The notes under the pieces: generated by a model | The model's input: the letters and a program-made list of their open reading frames with translations, nothing else | What the model was told of the DNA's origin: nothing | Databases searched by the model: none | Part shown: piece after piece, positions 18,498 through 26,933 of the stretch | Layout of the letters: every line of letters begins with the position of its first letter | Position numbering within the stretch: position 1 is the first letter of the stretch | Made by a program: the position numbers and the translations under genes | Sequence record: OP856590.1 | DNA: 64,000 nucleotides | Strand: one strand, 5' to 3' | DNA from: Escherichia phage Ec_MI-02

Positions 18498-19025
18498 TTA
18501 TGCGAGTACCGTCTTTAACCGTTCTTCAAACTTCCGAAGAGTATTTTGGCGTTCAGCTCTTTGCTTTTTGTAAGTTTCAATACGCTCTGAAATGAGAGTG
18601 TATCGTTCATTTACTGATTCTTTCATAAAATCAGGAATTTGACGAGAAGCTTTAATCTCGTCAAATTTATCAATAACAGCTTGCTCTTCAGCAATTAAGT
18701 TATCATACATTAAAATATCTTTCTTGATGAACTCAATATCTTCTTGAGTTACACGAGATAATTTAGATGCTTTATCCTTTTTGTACTGTTCGTTAGTATC
18801 ACGAGACCAGTGTAATGTACGATTTTTATTCGTATTCTTATAAATTTCTACAATACCAATCTCATCAATAATAACGATCCAATTCCAACGGGATTTGTAA
18901 ATTTGTCCTCCATCAACAGTGATTTCACCTCCGATTGAGATGTCATTAAAGAACTTGCTTTGTGCTTCAGATTTAAATTTACCATCGTTGTAATTTACCA
19001 AGTTGAAAATATCTTTAGCGTTCAT
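18498..19025 (-). CDS. Hypothetical protein
   Basis: 175 aa, ATG start, downstream of the early promoter at 19054..19084. Confidence 0.65.
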   Translation of the reverse strand: MNAKDIFNLVNYNDGKFKSEAQSKFFNDISIGGEITVDGGQIYKSRWNWIVIIDEIGIVEIYKNTNKNRTLHWSRDTNEQYKKDKASKLSRVTQEDIEFIKKDILMYDNLIAEEQAVIDKFDEIKASRQIPDFMKESVNERYTLISERIETYKKQRAERQNTLRKFEERLKTVLA

Positions 19026-19053
19026 TTTCTGTTCCTCCGTAGTTGATAGTTGT

Positions 19054-19084
19054 ATAGTACCACAGAGGAACAGTCTTGTAAACC
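19054..19084 (-). promoter_or_regulatory. T4-type early promoter
   Basis: Minus strand GGTTTACA-17 bp-TGG TACTAT. Confidence 0.55.
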
Positions 19085-19085
19085 A

Positions 19086-19400
19086 CTAAAAGAAACTTCT
19101 TTCACAATTTTTTCCACTGAACCAGGCGCTCACTGCTTTCTTGGTCTCAGGAGCAGTGTTATCCATAAACCATTCAAAGGCAGCCTTTTTATGATTCTGG
19201 AGGGCTTCTCGGGCTTTAATCTGCTCACGGTCTATTAACACTAACATATGAGCCTTTCTTGTCACCATGGGCTTCTTATGATTTTTTGAATACTCCCAGT
19301 CATTTGTCCATCGCATTGTTGTTGCGAACTGAAATACTGCTTCTTTAATTTTAGTTTCGTAAATTTCACGAGCCTTTGAGTATAACATCACTACCTCCAT
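19086..19400 (-). CDS. Hypothetical protein
   Basis: 104-aa ORF with ATG start. Confidence 0.55.
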   Translation of the reverse strand: MEVVMLYSKAREIYETKIKEAVFQFATTMRWTNDWEYSKNHKKPMVTRKAHMLVLIDREQIKAREALQNHKKAAFEWFMDNTAPETKKAVSAWFSGKNCERSFF

Positions 19401-19489
19401 TCATCAGTTTAATTCTAGTCATCTTTTTAATGGCAGTCCATATAATCTATTTCTGAACTGCCTTTTTGTCATAGAAGTCCTCTTATGAA

Positions 19490-20458
19490 TTATTTCAAAA
19501 GAGTAACCTCAGCAATTTCTTCCCAACCGTTTTTGTCGGTCATAATAAAGTCAGCAAGATAAAGAGCAGTACGCAGTGAAACATTGCGTAAACGATTAAC
19601 ATTAACTTTCATCCATGATAATGCTTTATAAGTTTCTTCATCAGAAAGACCGCGCTTTTGCATCATGTCAGTTGAAAGAATAACATCTTCAACCCTGACC
19701 ATAATTTCTTCATTAGTGTGAACACCCAAATCTAAATAAACCGAGCGGGACACTAATGCTTGTAAATGTGGAGCAAGTTTAGTACCACGGTCTAATTCGC
19801 GGTCAATGTCAACGTTTGTGATAAAAACAATCGTTCCTTTAAATTCAAACTCACGCTCAATGCCTTTTTCTTCTAAGTAAGAAGACGCAGTGCTCCAGCA
19901 GACTTTACGGGTCTCTCCAGTGTCCAGAGCGGCTTTTAGAAGATTAAGAATGTCCATATCAGAGAAAACATCTACATCATCAATCAAAAGGACAGAATTC
20001 TCTTCACGATTATTCCAAAGCTGCTCATAAAGACCAATACCAGAGATTTTACCATTAATGCTTTTATATTCAATGTATCCAATATCATTTGCTTTATTTA
20101 AAGCTTTATCTAAAGAATACGTTTTACCAATACCTGCTGCGCCAGAGATAATTAATGAACGAATATTTCCGTTAATAATACCATTCGTCATCATTCCCAT
20201 AACATTAAATCTTTTATTAATGCGGGTTTTCATATCTTCATATGATTCTTTAACTTCTTCAACTTTTACACCATCATATGAAATATCTGATTTGTAAACC
20301 CAAACACCGCGACGTTTACCGTCAATTTCAACAAAAACTTTACCATCTCCTTGTGCATCTACCGGAGCATTATCTGGGAACCATTCGCCTAAGAGCTCAA
20401 AAGTTCCAGAGATTTCTTTACCGAAGTAGATACCCTTATTGATAGTTACAGTTTTCAT
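19490..20458 (-). CDS. P-loop ATPase (AAA-like) of unknown function
   Basis: Walker A GAAGIGKT and Walker B VLLIDDVD; ORF track starts at TTG 20470, ATG at 20458 with GGAGA RBS gives 322 aa. Confidence 0.8.
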   Translation of the reverse strand: MKTVTINKGIYFGKEISGTFELLGEWFPDNAPVDAQGDGKVFVEIDGKRRGVWVYKSDISYDGVKVEEVKESYEDMKTRINKRFNVMGMMTNGIINGNIRSLIISGAAGIGKTYSLDKALNKANDIGYIEYKSINGKISGIGLYEQLWNNREENSVLLIDDVDVFSDMDILNLLKAALDTGETRKVCWSTASSYLEEKGIEREFEFKGTIVFITNVDIDRELDRGTKLAPHLQALVSRSVYLDLGVHTNEEIMVRVEDVILSTDMMQKRGLSDEETYKALSWMKVNVNRLRNVSLRTALYLADFIMTDKNGWEEIAEVTLLK

Positions 20459-20492
20459 TTTATTCTCCAAATCCGTATCAGTTGATAGTTGT

Positions 20493-20523
20493 ATAGTACC
20501 ATAAAGCTTTATGCTTGTAAACC
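20493..20523 (-). promoter_or_regulatory. T4-type early promoter
   Basis: Minus strand GGTTTACA-17 bp-TGG TACTAT upstream of the ATPase gene. Confidence 0.55.
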
Positions 20524-20544
20524 GTTTTGTGAAAAAATTTTGAA

Positions 20545-20570
20545 ATAAAAAAGGGAGCCCGAAGGCTCCC
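20545..20570 (-). terminator. Rho-independent terminator
   Basis: Minus strand GGGAGCC-UUCG-GGCUCCC followed by UUUUUU, directly after the stop of the 20573..21586 gene. Confidence 0.7.
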
Positions 20571-20572
20571 TA

Positions 20573-21586
20573 TCATTTATAATAACTTCGATGGTTTTCA
20601 AGATAAACCCTCTCAAGGAAGTCATCCCAGAAACCCATGTCTACTTTTTGCTGCATACCGTTCTTAGAAGCTTCAATGGATGCTGCTTCTACTTGATCGA
20701 CCACATCTTCCAAAAACTCTTGAACAGTTTTAAATGGATGTTTACCCAACTTCACGTCGAGAATAAATGGAGCGTCTTGAAGTGGATAGACTAAGTCACC
20801 AGTTTTGTAAATTTCCAATAGTTGGAGTCCACCACGGCAAGCATGACTCAGAGCTTTCCAGTCAATGCCCTCATTCGCTTCAGCCTTACGAGCACGTTCG
20901 CCGTATTCAGCATCAAGTTTATTCAAAGACTGCTTAAGCTCAATAAGAGAAAGCGTTGTTTGATATTTACGACCCAACACAGTGTAGAACGTTTGTGGAC
21001 CTGTTTTCTCATGATTATGGAATACCCATTCACAGAATTCGTTCTCTGGAAGACGATGCTTAATATCTTCAACTTTAGTTCGACGCTGCTTAATGGAACC
21101 GTCTTCTTGGTAATCAACCCATTGCTCAGGGATTTGATTAACTACTTTCAACACATCACGTAATGCGGCCAAACGAGAACCCTTAACACCGTATTTAGAA
21201 GCTTGCTTGCGAACATATCCTAAGTAGGATTTCATGTTGGTCGTATAAAAACGAGAACGATTGTCTTGAATAAACTTCCATACATCAGGCAAATCAGATT
21301 TAACTACTAGTTCCGGTGGAGTGTGGAGCATATCCAATGCTACAGTTTCACCATCTGCTGCTAATTTAAAGAAATACTTAAGACTGTATAGTTCATGGTC
21401 AATATCATCTTTAGTGTTTTTAGATGATGTGTTGTTAGTGTTTTTACTCATATGCTCTTTAACATTTCCGATAAGAATATCGCGAGCACGAGGAACAAAG
21501 ATTTCTTTAAAATCTACATCAGATTCTGGAGTAGAAGTTCCATAAAGATGACTACCAAAATAGCTTTTCATTACTGTTTTCATCAT
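20573..21586 (-). CDS. Predicted nucleotidyltransferase (Pol-beta superfamily motif)
   Basis: 337 aa; N-terminal FGSHLYGTSTPESDVDF fits the G[SG]x9-13Dx[DE] minimal nucleotidyltransferase signature. Confidence 0.7.
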   Translation of the reverse strand: MMKTVMKSYFGSHLYGTSTPESDVDFKEIFVPRARDILIGNVKEHMSKNTNNTSSKNTKDDIDHELYSLKYFFKLAADGETVALDMLHTPPELVVKSDLPDVWKFIQDNRSRFYTTNMKSYLGYVRKQASKYGVKGSRLAALRDVLKVVNQIPEQWVDYQEDGSIKQRRTKVEDIKHRLPENEFCEWVFHNHEKTGPQTFYTVLGRKYQTTLSLIELKQSLNKLDAEYGERARKAEANEGIDWKALSHACRGGLQLLEIYKTGDLVYPLQDAPFILDVKLGKHPFKTVQEFLEDVVDQVEAASIEASKNGMQQKVDMGFWDDFLERVYLENHRSYYK

Positions 21587-22044
21587 TCAGCCTTATATTC
21601 AATAACAGGACATACTTTAGCTTTACGCGCTTTTAAAAATTCGACGATAATAGATTTCTTGGGTTGAATAGGAGGTAAACCTTTATACGCCCTATCAATA
21701 TTTTCTACATGTAAAGCATAATCCTTTTTCCATTTATAATCTTTATATTTTTCATGTAGTTGTGCAGGAATAACAAATGAACCAATAATAAGTAAAACAA
21801 GCAAAATGGCAAGTATAAATGCTGATGGAATAAGAGTCCATAAACTACCAAAAATAAGCCATTTCTGTATGATTTCTGCACAGATAATAGTTAGACCTGC
21901 GAGTATAGTACATCCGAAAAAAGAAACGAAAAATGTAGGGATAACAATAGACCAAAAATATGCACAAAGTGTCTTAGGTCGTTTCCATTCGTCGTTAAAC
22001 ATTTTGAATAATTTATAATGCCAAGAGTTTTCATTAATAATCAT
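21583..22044 (-). CDS. Hypothetical membrane protein
   Basis: 153 aa; three or four predicted transmembrane helices. Confidence 0.6.
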   Translation of the reverse strand: MIINENSWHYKLFKMFNDEWKRPKTLCAYFWSIVIPTFFVSFFGCTILAGLTIICAEIIQKWLIFGSLWTLIPSAFILAILLVLLIIGSFVIPAQLHEKYKDYKWKKDYALHVENIDRAYKGLPPIQPKKSIIVEFLKARKAKVCPVIEYKAE

Positions 22045-22046
22045 AA

Positions 22047-22568
22047 TTATCCTTTCATTGAAGGTGTAACAGTTGTTAAATACTTAATCATAGCTTCAGC
22101 TTCTGATTTTGATAATGAAATTTCTCCATTATTTTGACGAATAGAAATAAAATCCGGATGACGGTCACCACCAGCTTTTAAAACACACATATAAGTATCA
22201 GTTTCATCTTCAATATTTGAAATGATTGAAGCAGTTCCACATGAATGTGGTTTTTGATAAACTAATACAGCTTTTCTTCCACCGTTTGACTGTTCATAAA
22301 CTTTTAATACATCAAACAAATCACTTCTTTTATCAATAGCTAAGATGTTGTTTTCATCTTCAATATTAAATCCTTCGGATACTTCATAAAGTGTCACCCA
22401 TAAATCACCTATATCGATAGTAGCATTTCCTTTTCCACGACTTTCAAGAATGTGACAAATTTTCTTAATTTCATCATAACTCATTTTAATAATATCATCT
22501 CCTTGACTAAGGAAGATGTCATTTTTAAATTCAACGCGAATTAAACCACTTCCACTTGAAATAAACAT
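22047..22568 (-). CDS. Hypothetical protein, paralog of 22575..23129
   Basis: 173 aa; shares GFNIE and C-terminal EAxAxKxYLxxVxPxM blocks with the adjacent gene. Confidence 0.6.
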   Translation of the reverse strand: MFISSGSGLIRVEFKNDIFLSQGDDIIKMSYDEIKKICHILESRGKGNATIDIGDLWVTLYEVSEGFNIEDENNILAIDKRSDLFDVLKVYEQSNGGRKAVLVYQKPHSCGTASIISNIEDETDTYMCVLKAGGDRHPDFISIRQNNGEISLSKSEAEAMIKYLTTVTPSMKG

Positions 22569-22574
22569 ATTTCC

Positions 22575-23129
22575 TCACTTTGAAATCATAGTTGGAATGA
22601 CAGAATCAAGATAAGTCTTTAGCGCAATAGCTTCGTCTTTGGTAAATGTGACAATATGCGATCGAAAATCATCAATTTGACGAATAGTTAAGACATCTCC
22701 ATCTTCATAACATTTTGATACGTTTAAAACAGTTTCATCATTCTGATTGCAAGCGTTAGTAATAATAGCATTGCAATTTTTAAACCATTTTAAACTATGT
22801 TTTCTTTCATTAGAATAATAAAAATATTTAATCTTATCTATAAAACTGTCCCAATGAATAACTGATAGGCATATTGACTCGCTTTCAATATTAAATCCTG
22901 GGCATGAAGAATAAAAATGAATTTTATGCTCATCATTAATGCTTACAATTTTATCAGTATAAGGATTTTCAATTTGGGTTAAATGAATGATTTCACTAGG
23001 CGTAAAATACATCATATCATCTTCTTGCGTCAAACGATACATATTATTTACTTTTTCTATAGCTAATTCACCAAAAAGTGAACTAACTTCTAGTACTAAT
23101 CGTTTCATATTAATCCTTTTTATTGGCAT
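22575..23129 (-). CDS. Hypothetical protein, paralog of 22047..22568
   Basis: 184-aa ORF; start uncertain (ATG 23129 or ATG 23108 next to the upstream stop). Confidence 0.6.
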   Translation of the reverse strand: MPIKRINMKRLVLEVSSLFGELAIEKVNNMYRLTQEDDMMYFTPSEIIHLTQIENPYTDKIVSINDEHKIHFYSSCPGFNIESESICLSVIHWDSFIDKIKYFYYSNERKHSLKWFKNCNAIITNACNQNDETVLNVSKCYEDGDVLTIRQIDDFRSHIVTFTKDEAIALKTYLDSVIPTMISK

Positions 23130-23388
23130 GAATTTGTTTTAAAATTTTAGAGTATTCCTTTGTATCAGATTTACGCACAATCGATACACTATAAGGCATA
23201 CTATCGGTGTCTTTTATAAAACGTTCCAAATGACACTCTAACAAAATTTCTGGGTTATAAATCGTGTACATCAAATTACCTGTTGCTCCACGATATTGAC
23301 AGATTTCTACTGATTGAGCGTCATTCCACAATTTTGTTAAGACTAAATCACCTACTTCTAATTTCGGAAAGCTCACATTATTCACCAA
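23110..23388 (-). CDS. Hypothetical protein (start uncertain)
   Basis: 92-aa ORF from the track, but codon at 23388 is TTG with no clear RBS; first in-frame ATG is far downstream. Confidence 0.4.
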   Translation of the reverse strand: MVNNVSFPKLEVGDLVLTKLWNDAQSVEICQYRGATGNLMYTIYNPEILLECHLERFIKDTDSMPYSVSIVRKSDTKEYSKILKQIHANKKD

Positions 23389-23569
23389 TTAAAGTTTCAA
23401 TTAATTCTCTTAACTTAAAAGCTTGTTCACTTGTCATTACATACTCCTTTGAATAATATCAATAATATTGTTCACCAGATTATAAGTAAACATTGGGTAA
23501 TTATATTGAATCATCACATACACAACAAACAAAACTTTCATTCTCTTCTCCTTGGCAGTTGACAAGATT

Positions 23570-23600
23570 ACTATATCATAACCTTGCCAACTTGTAAACC
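23570..23600 (-). promoter_or_regulatory. T4-type early promoter
   Basis: Minus strand GGTTTACA-17 bp-TATAGT. Confidence 0.5.
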
Positions 23601-23601
23601 A

Positions 23602-23775
23602 TTAAATGACGTTTTCAATAAAATTCTGAAGCTTTGTGTGAGCATCAACCATAATTTTCATTTCTTCCTTTGCGAAAGCTGTACCTCTTTCTCGAGCAGA
23701 ATACTCATAGTCAGAAACTGCATTAGCATATTCTTCAATTAGCTTCATTAAAAACATCTGCTTTTCAGTTTTCAT
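23602..23775 (-). CDS. Hypothetical small protein (57 aa, below ORF-track cutoff)
   Basis: Manual translation MKTEKQMFLMKLIEEYANAVSDYEYSARERGTAFAKEEMKIMVDAHTKLQNFIENVI; start embedded in the end of the upstream gene. Confidence 0.35.
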   Translation of the reverse strand: MKTEKQMFLMKLIEEYANAVSDYEYSARERGTAFAKEEMKIMVDAHTKLQNFIENVI

Positions 23776-23959
23776 TATTCCACCTAATCATTTCAAGATA
23801 TTGAACTAACTTAGCTTTGGATTTATCCAAATCCTTTTTAGCTGCTTCTATACCATCATATGAATATCCTTCACAATGCTCAACTGCCAATTGGTATGAA
23901 TCTATTTCAATATCACGTGCTAATTTAATGATTTTTTCAAACTGTTCACGTGTTAGCAT
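23765..23959 (-). CDS. Small acidic protein, member of a three-gene MxTREQ family
   Basis: 64 aa MLTREQFEKIIKLARDIEIDSYQLAVEH...; similar N-terminus and length to 25978..26166 and 26163..26348. Confidence 0.5.
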   Translation of the reverse strand: MLTREQFEKIIKLARDIEIDSYQLAVEHCEGYSYDGIEAAKKDLDKSKAKLVQYLEMIRWNNEN

Positions 23960-23961
23960 AC

Positions 23962-24165
23962 TTAAACTCTCGTATTATGATCGATAATTTCATCAAGAAA
24001 CATATCTAAAGCTTCTACAGCATTATCAACTTTAGCTTCAAATTTTTCAATACCTTTATTTGCAATGCCTGACGAAAACCAGGCAAAGTCACTAAGTTCC
24101 TCATCTGCTTTGCGAATTAAAGCTACCAATTCTTTAATTTTATCTGCTTGTTCAATGCTAATCAT
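23962..24165 (-). CDS. Hypothetical small acidic protein
   Basis: ORF track 23962..24201 overlaps the upstream gene; ATG at 24165 overlaps the upstream stop (TAATG) and gives 67 aa. Confidence 0.45.
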   Translation of the reverse strand: MISIEQADKIKELVALIRKADEELSDFAWFSSGIANKGIEKFEAKVDNAVEALDMFLDEIIDHNTRV

Positions 24166-24353
24166 TATTCCACCACATATGAAAGAGAGAATATTGCACA
24201 CGCCATGTGAGTTGCAGCTTCATCACACATATCATAACGTTTCTTAAGAAGTTCTACAAGTTCTTCACTAGTAACTTCATCCATGTCGACGAAAAAATCA
24301 CCATTAATGATGACGTAGATATTTCCTTCTTGATTGAGTGCTTCAATTTTCAT
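24165..24353 (-). CDS. Hypothetical small acidic protein
   Basis: ORF track 24165..24503 runs through a promoter; ATG at 24353 with AAAGAGGAA RBS gives 62 aa [21 protein letters not shown]... Confidence 0.5.
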   Translation of the reverse strand: MKIEALNQEGNIYVIINGDFFVDMDEVTSEELVELLKKRYDMCDEAATHMACAIFSLSYVVE

Positions 24354-24379
24354 GATGTTCTCCTCTTTATCCGATAGTT

Positions 24380-24410
24380 GTATAGTATCACAGCTCAAAT
24401 GGAAAGTAAA
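24380..24410 (-). promoter_or_regulatory. T4-type early promoter
   Basis: Minus strand GTTTACT-17 bp-TGA TACTAT, about 25 nt upstream of the ATG at 24353. Confidence 0.55.
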
Positions 24411-24450
24411 CCGGTAAAATGAAAAAAGGACTCCCCGAAGGAGACTAATG

Positions 24451-24837
24451 TTATTCGAGGGAAAGAAGATATTTGCTCTGGTAAAACATCCCAGTAATAT
24501 CATCTATCGTGCTTTGAATGGCTGGAGGCATTTCTTTATAAATGCTGTTAGATTGGTCTAGTATGCGATCAATCATTTTAATTGTGTCGGTAGGAAGTTT
24601 ACTGGCATCTGGAATAGAAGGCGTGTATTTTCTACCAGAATACCCTAAATATTGCTCACCAAATTTATCAATCAAATCTGGCAACTCAGAGAAAATAAAA
24701 TCGTATGCTTTGTGTCTAGCATAACTTTTAGTTTCAAAATGTGCAGAATGAAAATAAGCTTGTGCAGCCATTAATAAACCTAAGTATTCATCTGCCTTTG
24801 AAGGTTTTCCACTTTGTGAAAAGTCGCTGAATTTCAT
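24451..24837 (-). CDS. Hypothetical protein
   Basis: 128-aa ORF, ATG start; followed by a short CC-UUCG-GG hairpin and a U7 run (24421..24448). Confidence 0.6.
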   Translation of the reverse strand: MKFSDFSQSGKPSKADEYLGLLMAAQAYFHSAHFETKSYARHKAYDFIFSELPDLIDKFGEQYLGYSGRKYTPSIPDASKLPTDTIKMIDRILDQSNSIYKEMPPAIQSTIDDITGMFYQSKYLLSLE

Positions 24838-25127
24838 TCAGTCTCCAATTTAATGTTCATAATTCTAGCGTATGATTGTGCCATCTCCGCGCCTCGCTCT
24901 ATACATTCAAAATCGGAAGAGCACGGGTCATTTTTATAAGTCGTTCGCATAAAACTATAGAACTGTTCAGATGATTCTACGCTTTTATTTTCAAAAAGCA
25001 TATAAACATGTCTAATACCAGATTCCATAAATTTATCAAAATGAGGATCGACATTCGCTTCAATCGGTGGAGATAAAACAAACGCTAATCCTAGCATGGC
25101 AAATAGTGCCGTTGCTTTTAAGGCCAT
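24834..25127 (-). CDS. Small secreted/periplasmic protein (signal peptide)
   Basis: 97 aa; N-terminal MALKATALFAMLGLAFVLSPPIEA signal-peptide-like segment; strong RBS AGGAGG; three cysteines in the mature part. Confidence 0.6.
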   Translation of the reverse strand: MALKATALFAMLGLAFVLSPPIEANVDPHFDKFMESGIRHVYMLFENKSVESSEQFYSFMRTTYKNDPCSSDFECIERGAEMAQSYARIMNIKLETE

Positions 25128-25139
25128 AAAGGCCTCCTA

Positions 25140-25352
25140 TCATTTTTGTCCTGTATTTACTTTATGCCGATGCACGGCCTTAACTTTATCAAGGTATTTT
25201 TCAAAATTTCGCAATCTAGTATAGTCTGCCGGAGATTGGTTGAGTGATACTTCTCGACGCAAAGCTGAAATGATATTTCCAACTTCCCTACGAATTTCAT
25301 CTAATTGAAGAACAGTAAGATTGCGAAGTTGCTTTTCAGTTAATTGTAGCAT
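25140..25352 (-). CDS. Hypothetical small basic protein
   Basis: 70-aa ORF, ATG start, immediately downstream of tk. Confidence 0.5.
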
Positions 25353-25394
25353 ATATACCCCTTTAGTTAGATAAACCTATTTATAACTTTTGCA

Positions 25395-25976
25395 CTAACC
25401 GAGCTTTTTAGTTAATTCATTCCAGTGTTTTCTACACAAAGAAACATAAATTTCATCACCAATACAGATTTGATTACCTTCTTTAACTGGTGTTCCATCT
25501 TCCATTAATCGAGCTGTCATAATCGCTTTTTTACCACAATGACAAACTGCTTTTAGTTCAATAAGTTTATCTGCAATCGCCAAAAGTTCTTTAGAACCTT
25601 CAAATAATTTTCCAGCGAAATCAGTCCTTAGACCATAAGCCATAACAGGAACATTATATGTATCAACAATTCGGCTTAATTGATGCACCTGTTCAGTTTT
25701 TAAAAACTGGGCTTCATCTACAAATACACAATGAATATCTTTTTGTGCTTCTGCCCATTTATAGAACTCAAAAATATCCATATCATCCGTAATAATATTC
25801 GCTTCCTGTTTAATTCCAATGCGAGAAACGACTTCACAGACAGAATCGCGAGTATCAATAGCAGGCTTAAGAACTAATACACCCATTCCGCGTTCTTTAT
25901 AATTGTGTGCAGCAGTCAAAAGAGAAGCAGATTTTCCAGCATTCATTGCTGCATAAGTAAAAATTAAACTCGCCAT
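25395..25976 (-). CDS. tk: Thymidine kinase
   Basis: 193 aa; P-loop MNAGKS; C-terminal zinc-binding cysteines (CHCGKK...CRKH); matches T4 Tk length and N-terminus as recalled. Confidence 0.95.
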   Translation of the reverse strand: MASLIFTYAAMNAGKSASLLTAAHNYKERGMGVLVLKPAIDTRDSVCEVVSRIGIKQEANIITDDMDIFEFYKWAEAQKDIHCVFVDEAQFLKTEQVHQLSRIVDTYNVPVMAYGLRTDFAGKLFEGSKELLAIADKLIELKAVCHCGKKAIMTARLMEDGTPVKEGNQICIGDEIYVSLCRKHWNELTKKLG

Positions 25977-25977
25977 C

Positions 25978-26166
25978 TTAGTCCTTAGTTAAATTTTCTA
26001 AATATGTTTCTAAATCATTTTCAGCTTTATCGATAGATTTTACTAATTCGTAATATGTTTTGGCATCTCCGTATTCAGAAGATATTTCAAAAGACAAATC
26101 CTTTTCTAAACTAATAATTTCACCAACTAAAAATAATATTTCGTTCTTTTGTTCGCGAGTAATCAT
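25978..26166 (-). CDS. Small acidic protein, MxTREQ family member
   Basis: 62 aa MITREQKNEILFLVGEIISLEKDL..., ATG start. Confidence 0.5.
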   Translation of the reverse strand: MITREQKNEILFLVGEIISLEKDLSFEISSEYGDAKTYYELVKSIDKAENDLETYLENLTKD

Positions 26167-26348
26167 AAGGAATTTATATAATTAATAAGTTCTTGTTCTT
26201 TATCGTCGAAATCTTTACACAGTTCTTCGTATTCGTCGGTATTAAAAGGACCGCATTCATCACAAACTTTTTCCAATTCGCTATTTTTATCCATAACTTC
26301 GTGAATAAGAGAAAATAGTCTGTCTTTTTGTTCTTTGCTTAGGCTCAC
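26163..26348 (-). CDS. Small acidic protein, related to the MxTREQ family
   Basis: 61 aa (M)SLSKEQKDRLFSLIHEV...; GTG start overlapping the upstream stop (GTGA). Confidence 0.45.
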   Translation of the reverse strand: MSLSKEQKDRLFSLIHEVMDKNSELEKVCDECGPFNTDEYEELCKDFDDKEQELINYINSL

Positions 26349-26521
26349 AGTATGTCAATCCCCAAAAGTTTTAAAATGACTCGTTTCTGATTCATAACCG
26401 CTACGATTGAATGACCGTTGGGGTCTTTTTGACCTGATCCAATTATAAATCCTTTTTGCGCAGAAAGTTCAATCAAAACATCAAGTTCACGTAATAATTG
26501 ATATTTTAGATCATCGTTCAT
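26345..26521 (-). CDS. Hypothetical small protein (58 aa, below ORF-track cutoff)
   Basis: Manual translation MNDDLKYQLLRELDVLIELSAQKGFIIGSGQKDPNGHSIVAVMNQKRVILKLLGIDIL; ATGA overlap with upstream stop and GTGA overlap with downstream start. Confidence 0.4.
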   Translation of the reverse strand: MNDDLKYQLLRELDVLIELSAQKGFIIGSGQKDPNGHSIVAVMNQKRVILKLLGIDIL

Positions 26522-26730
26522 TTTGGTTTACCTTCTTTAACGAAATCAGGATAAGGATAAAATCCTGAATAAAATCCTTCACCTTTATGATTGATGCATC
26601 CTTTATTAGAACAATAGCACCAATAATCGAAATCACAAGCCATTTCATCATTACATAAAGCAAAAACAACCGGCCATTCACACTTTTCGCAGTGGGCATT
26701 TTTAAGAATACTAGTTTGGCTCATAACCAT
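26518..26730 (-). CDS. Small cysteine-rich protein (possible zinc-binding)
   Basis: ORF track starts at TTG 26745; ATG at 26730 gives 70 aa with nine cysteines (CEKCEW...CNDEMACDFDYWCYCSNKGC). Confidence 0.5.
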   Translation of the reverse strand: MVMSQTSILKNAHCEKCEWPVVFALCNDEMACDFDYWCYCSNKGCINHKGEGFYSGFYPYPDFVKEGKPK

Positions 26731-26933
26731 GTAACCTTTAAGCAATATTCTTCTACATGTTGTTTACGACCTTTCTTATCAATAAAGGTATATTCAACGA
26801 ATGTTCCAATATAGTCTTTATCTACATCATGTGGACTATTAATTGGGCATTTAGTACGGCAAATGCGTTCCCATTGACGAATAATTTCCACTTTGTTTTT
26901 AGGATCAAACGGATGCGGGTAATGTACTTTCAT
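26721..26933 (-). CDS. Hypothetical small protein
   Basis: 70 aa, ATG start with GGTGG RBS. Confidence 0.5.
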   Translation of the reverse strand: MKVHYPHPFDPKNKVEIIRQWERICRTKCPINSPHDVDKDYIGTFVEYTFIDKKGRKQHVEEYCLKVTWL

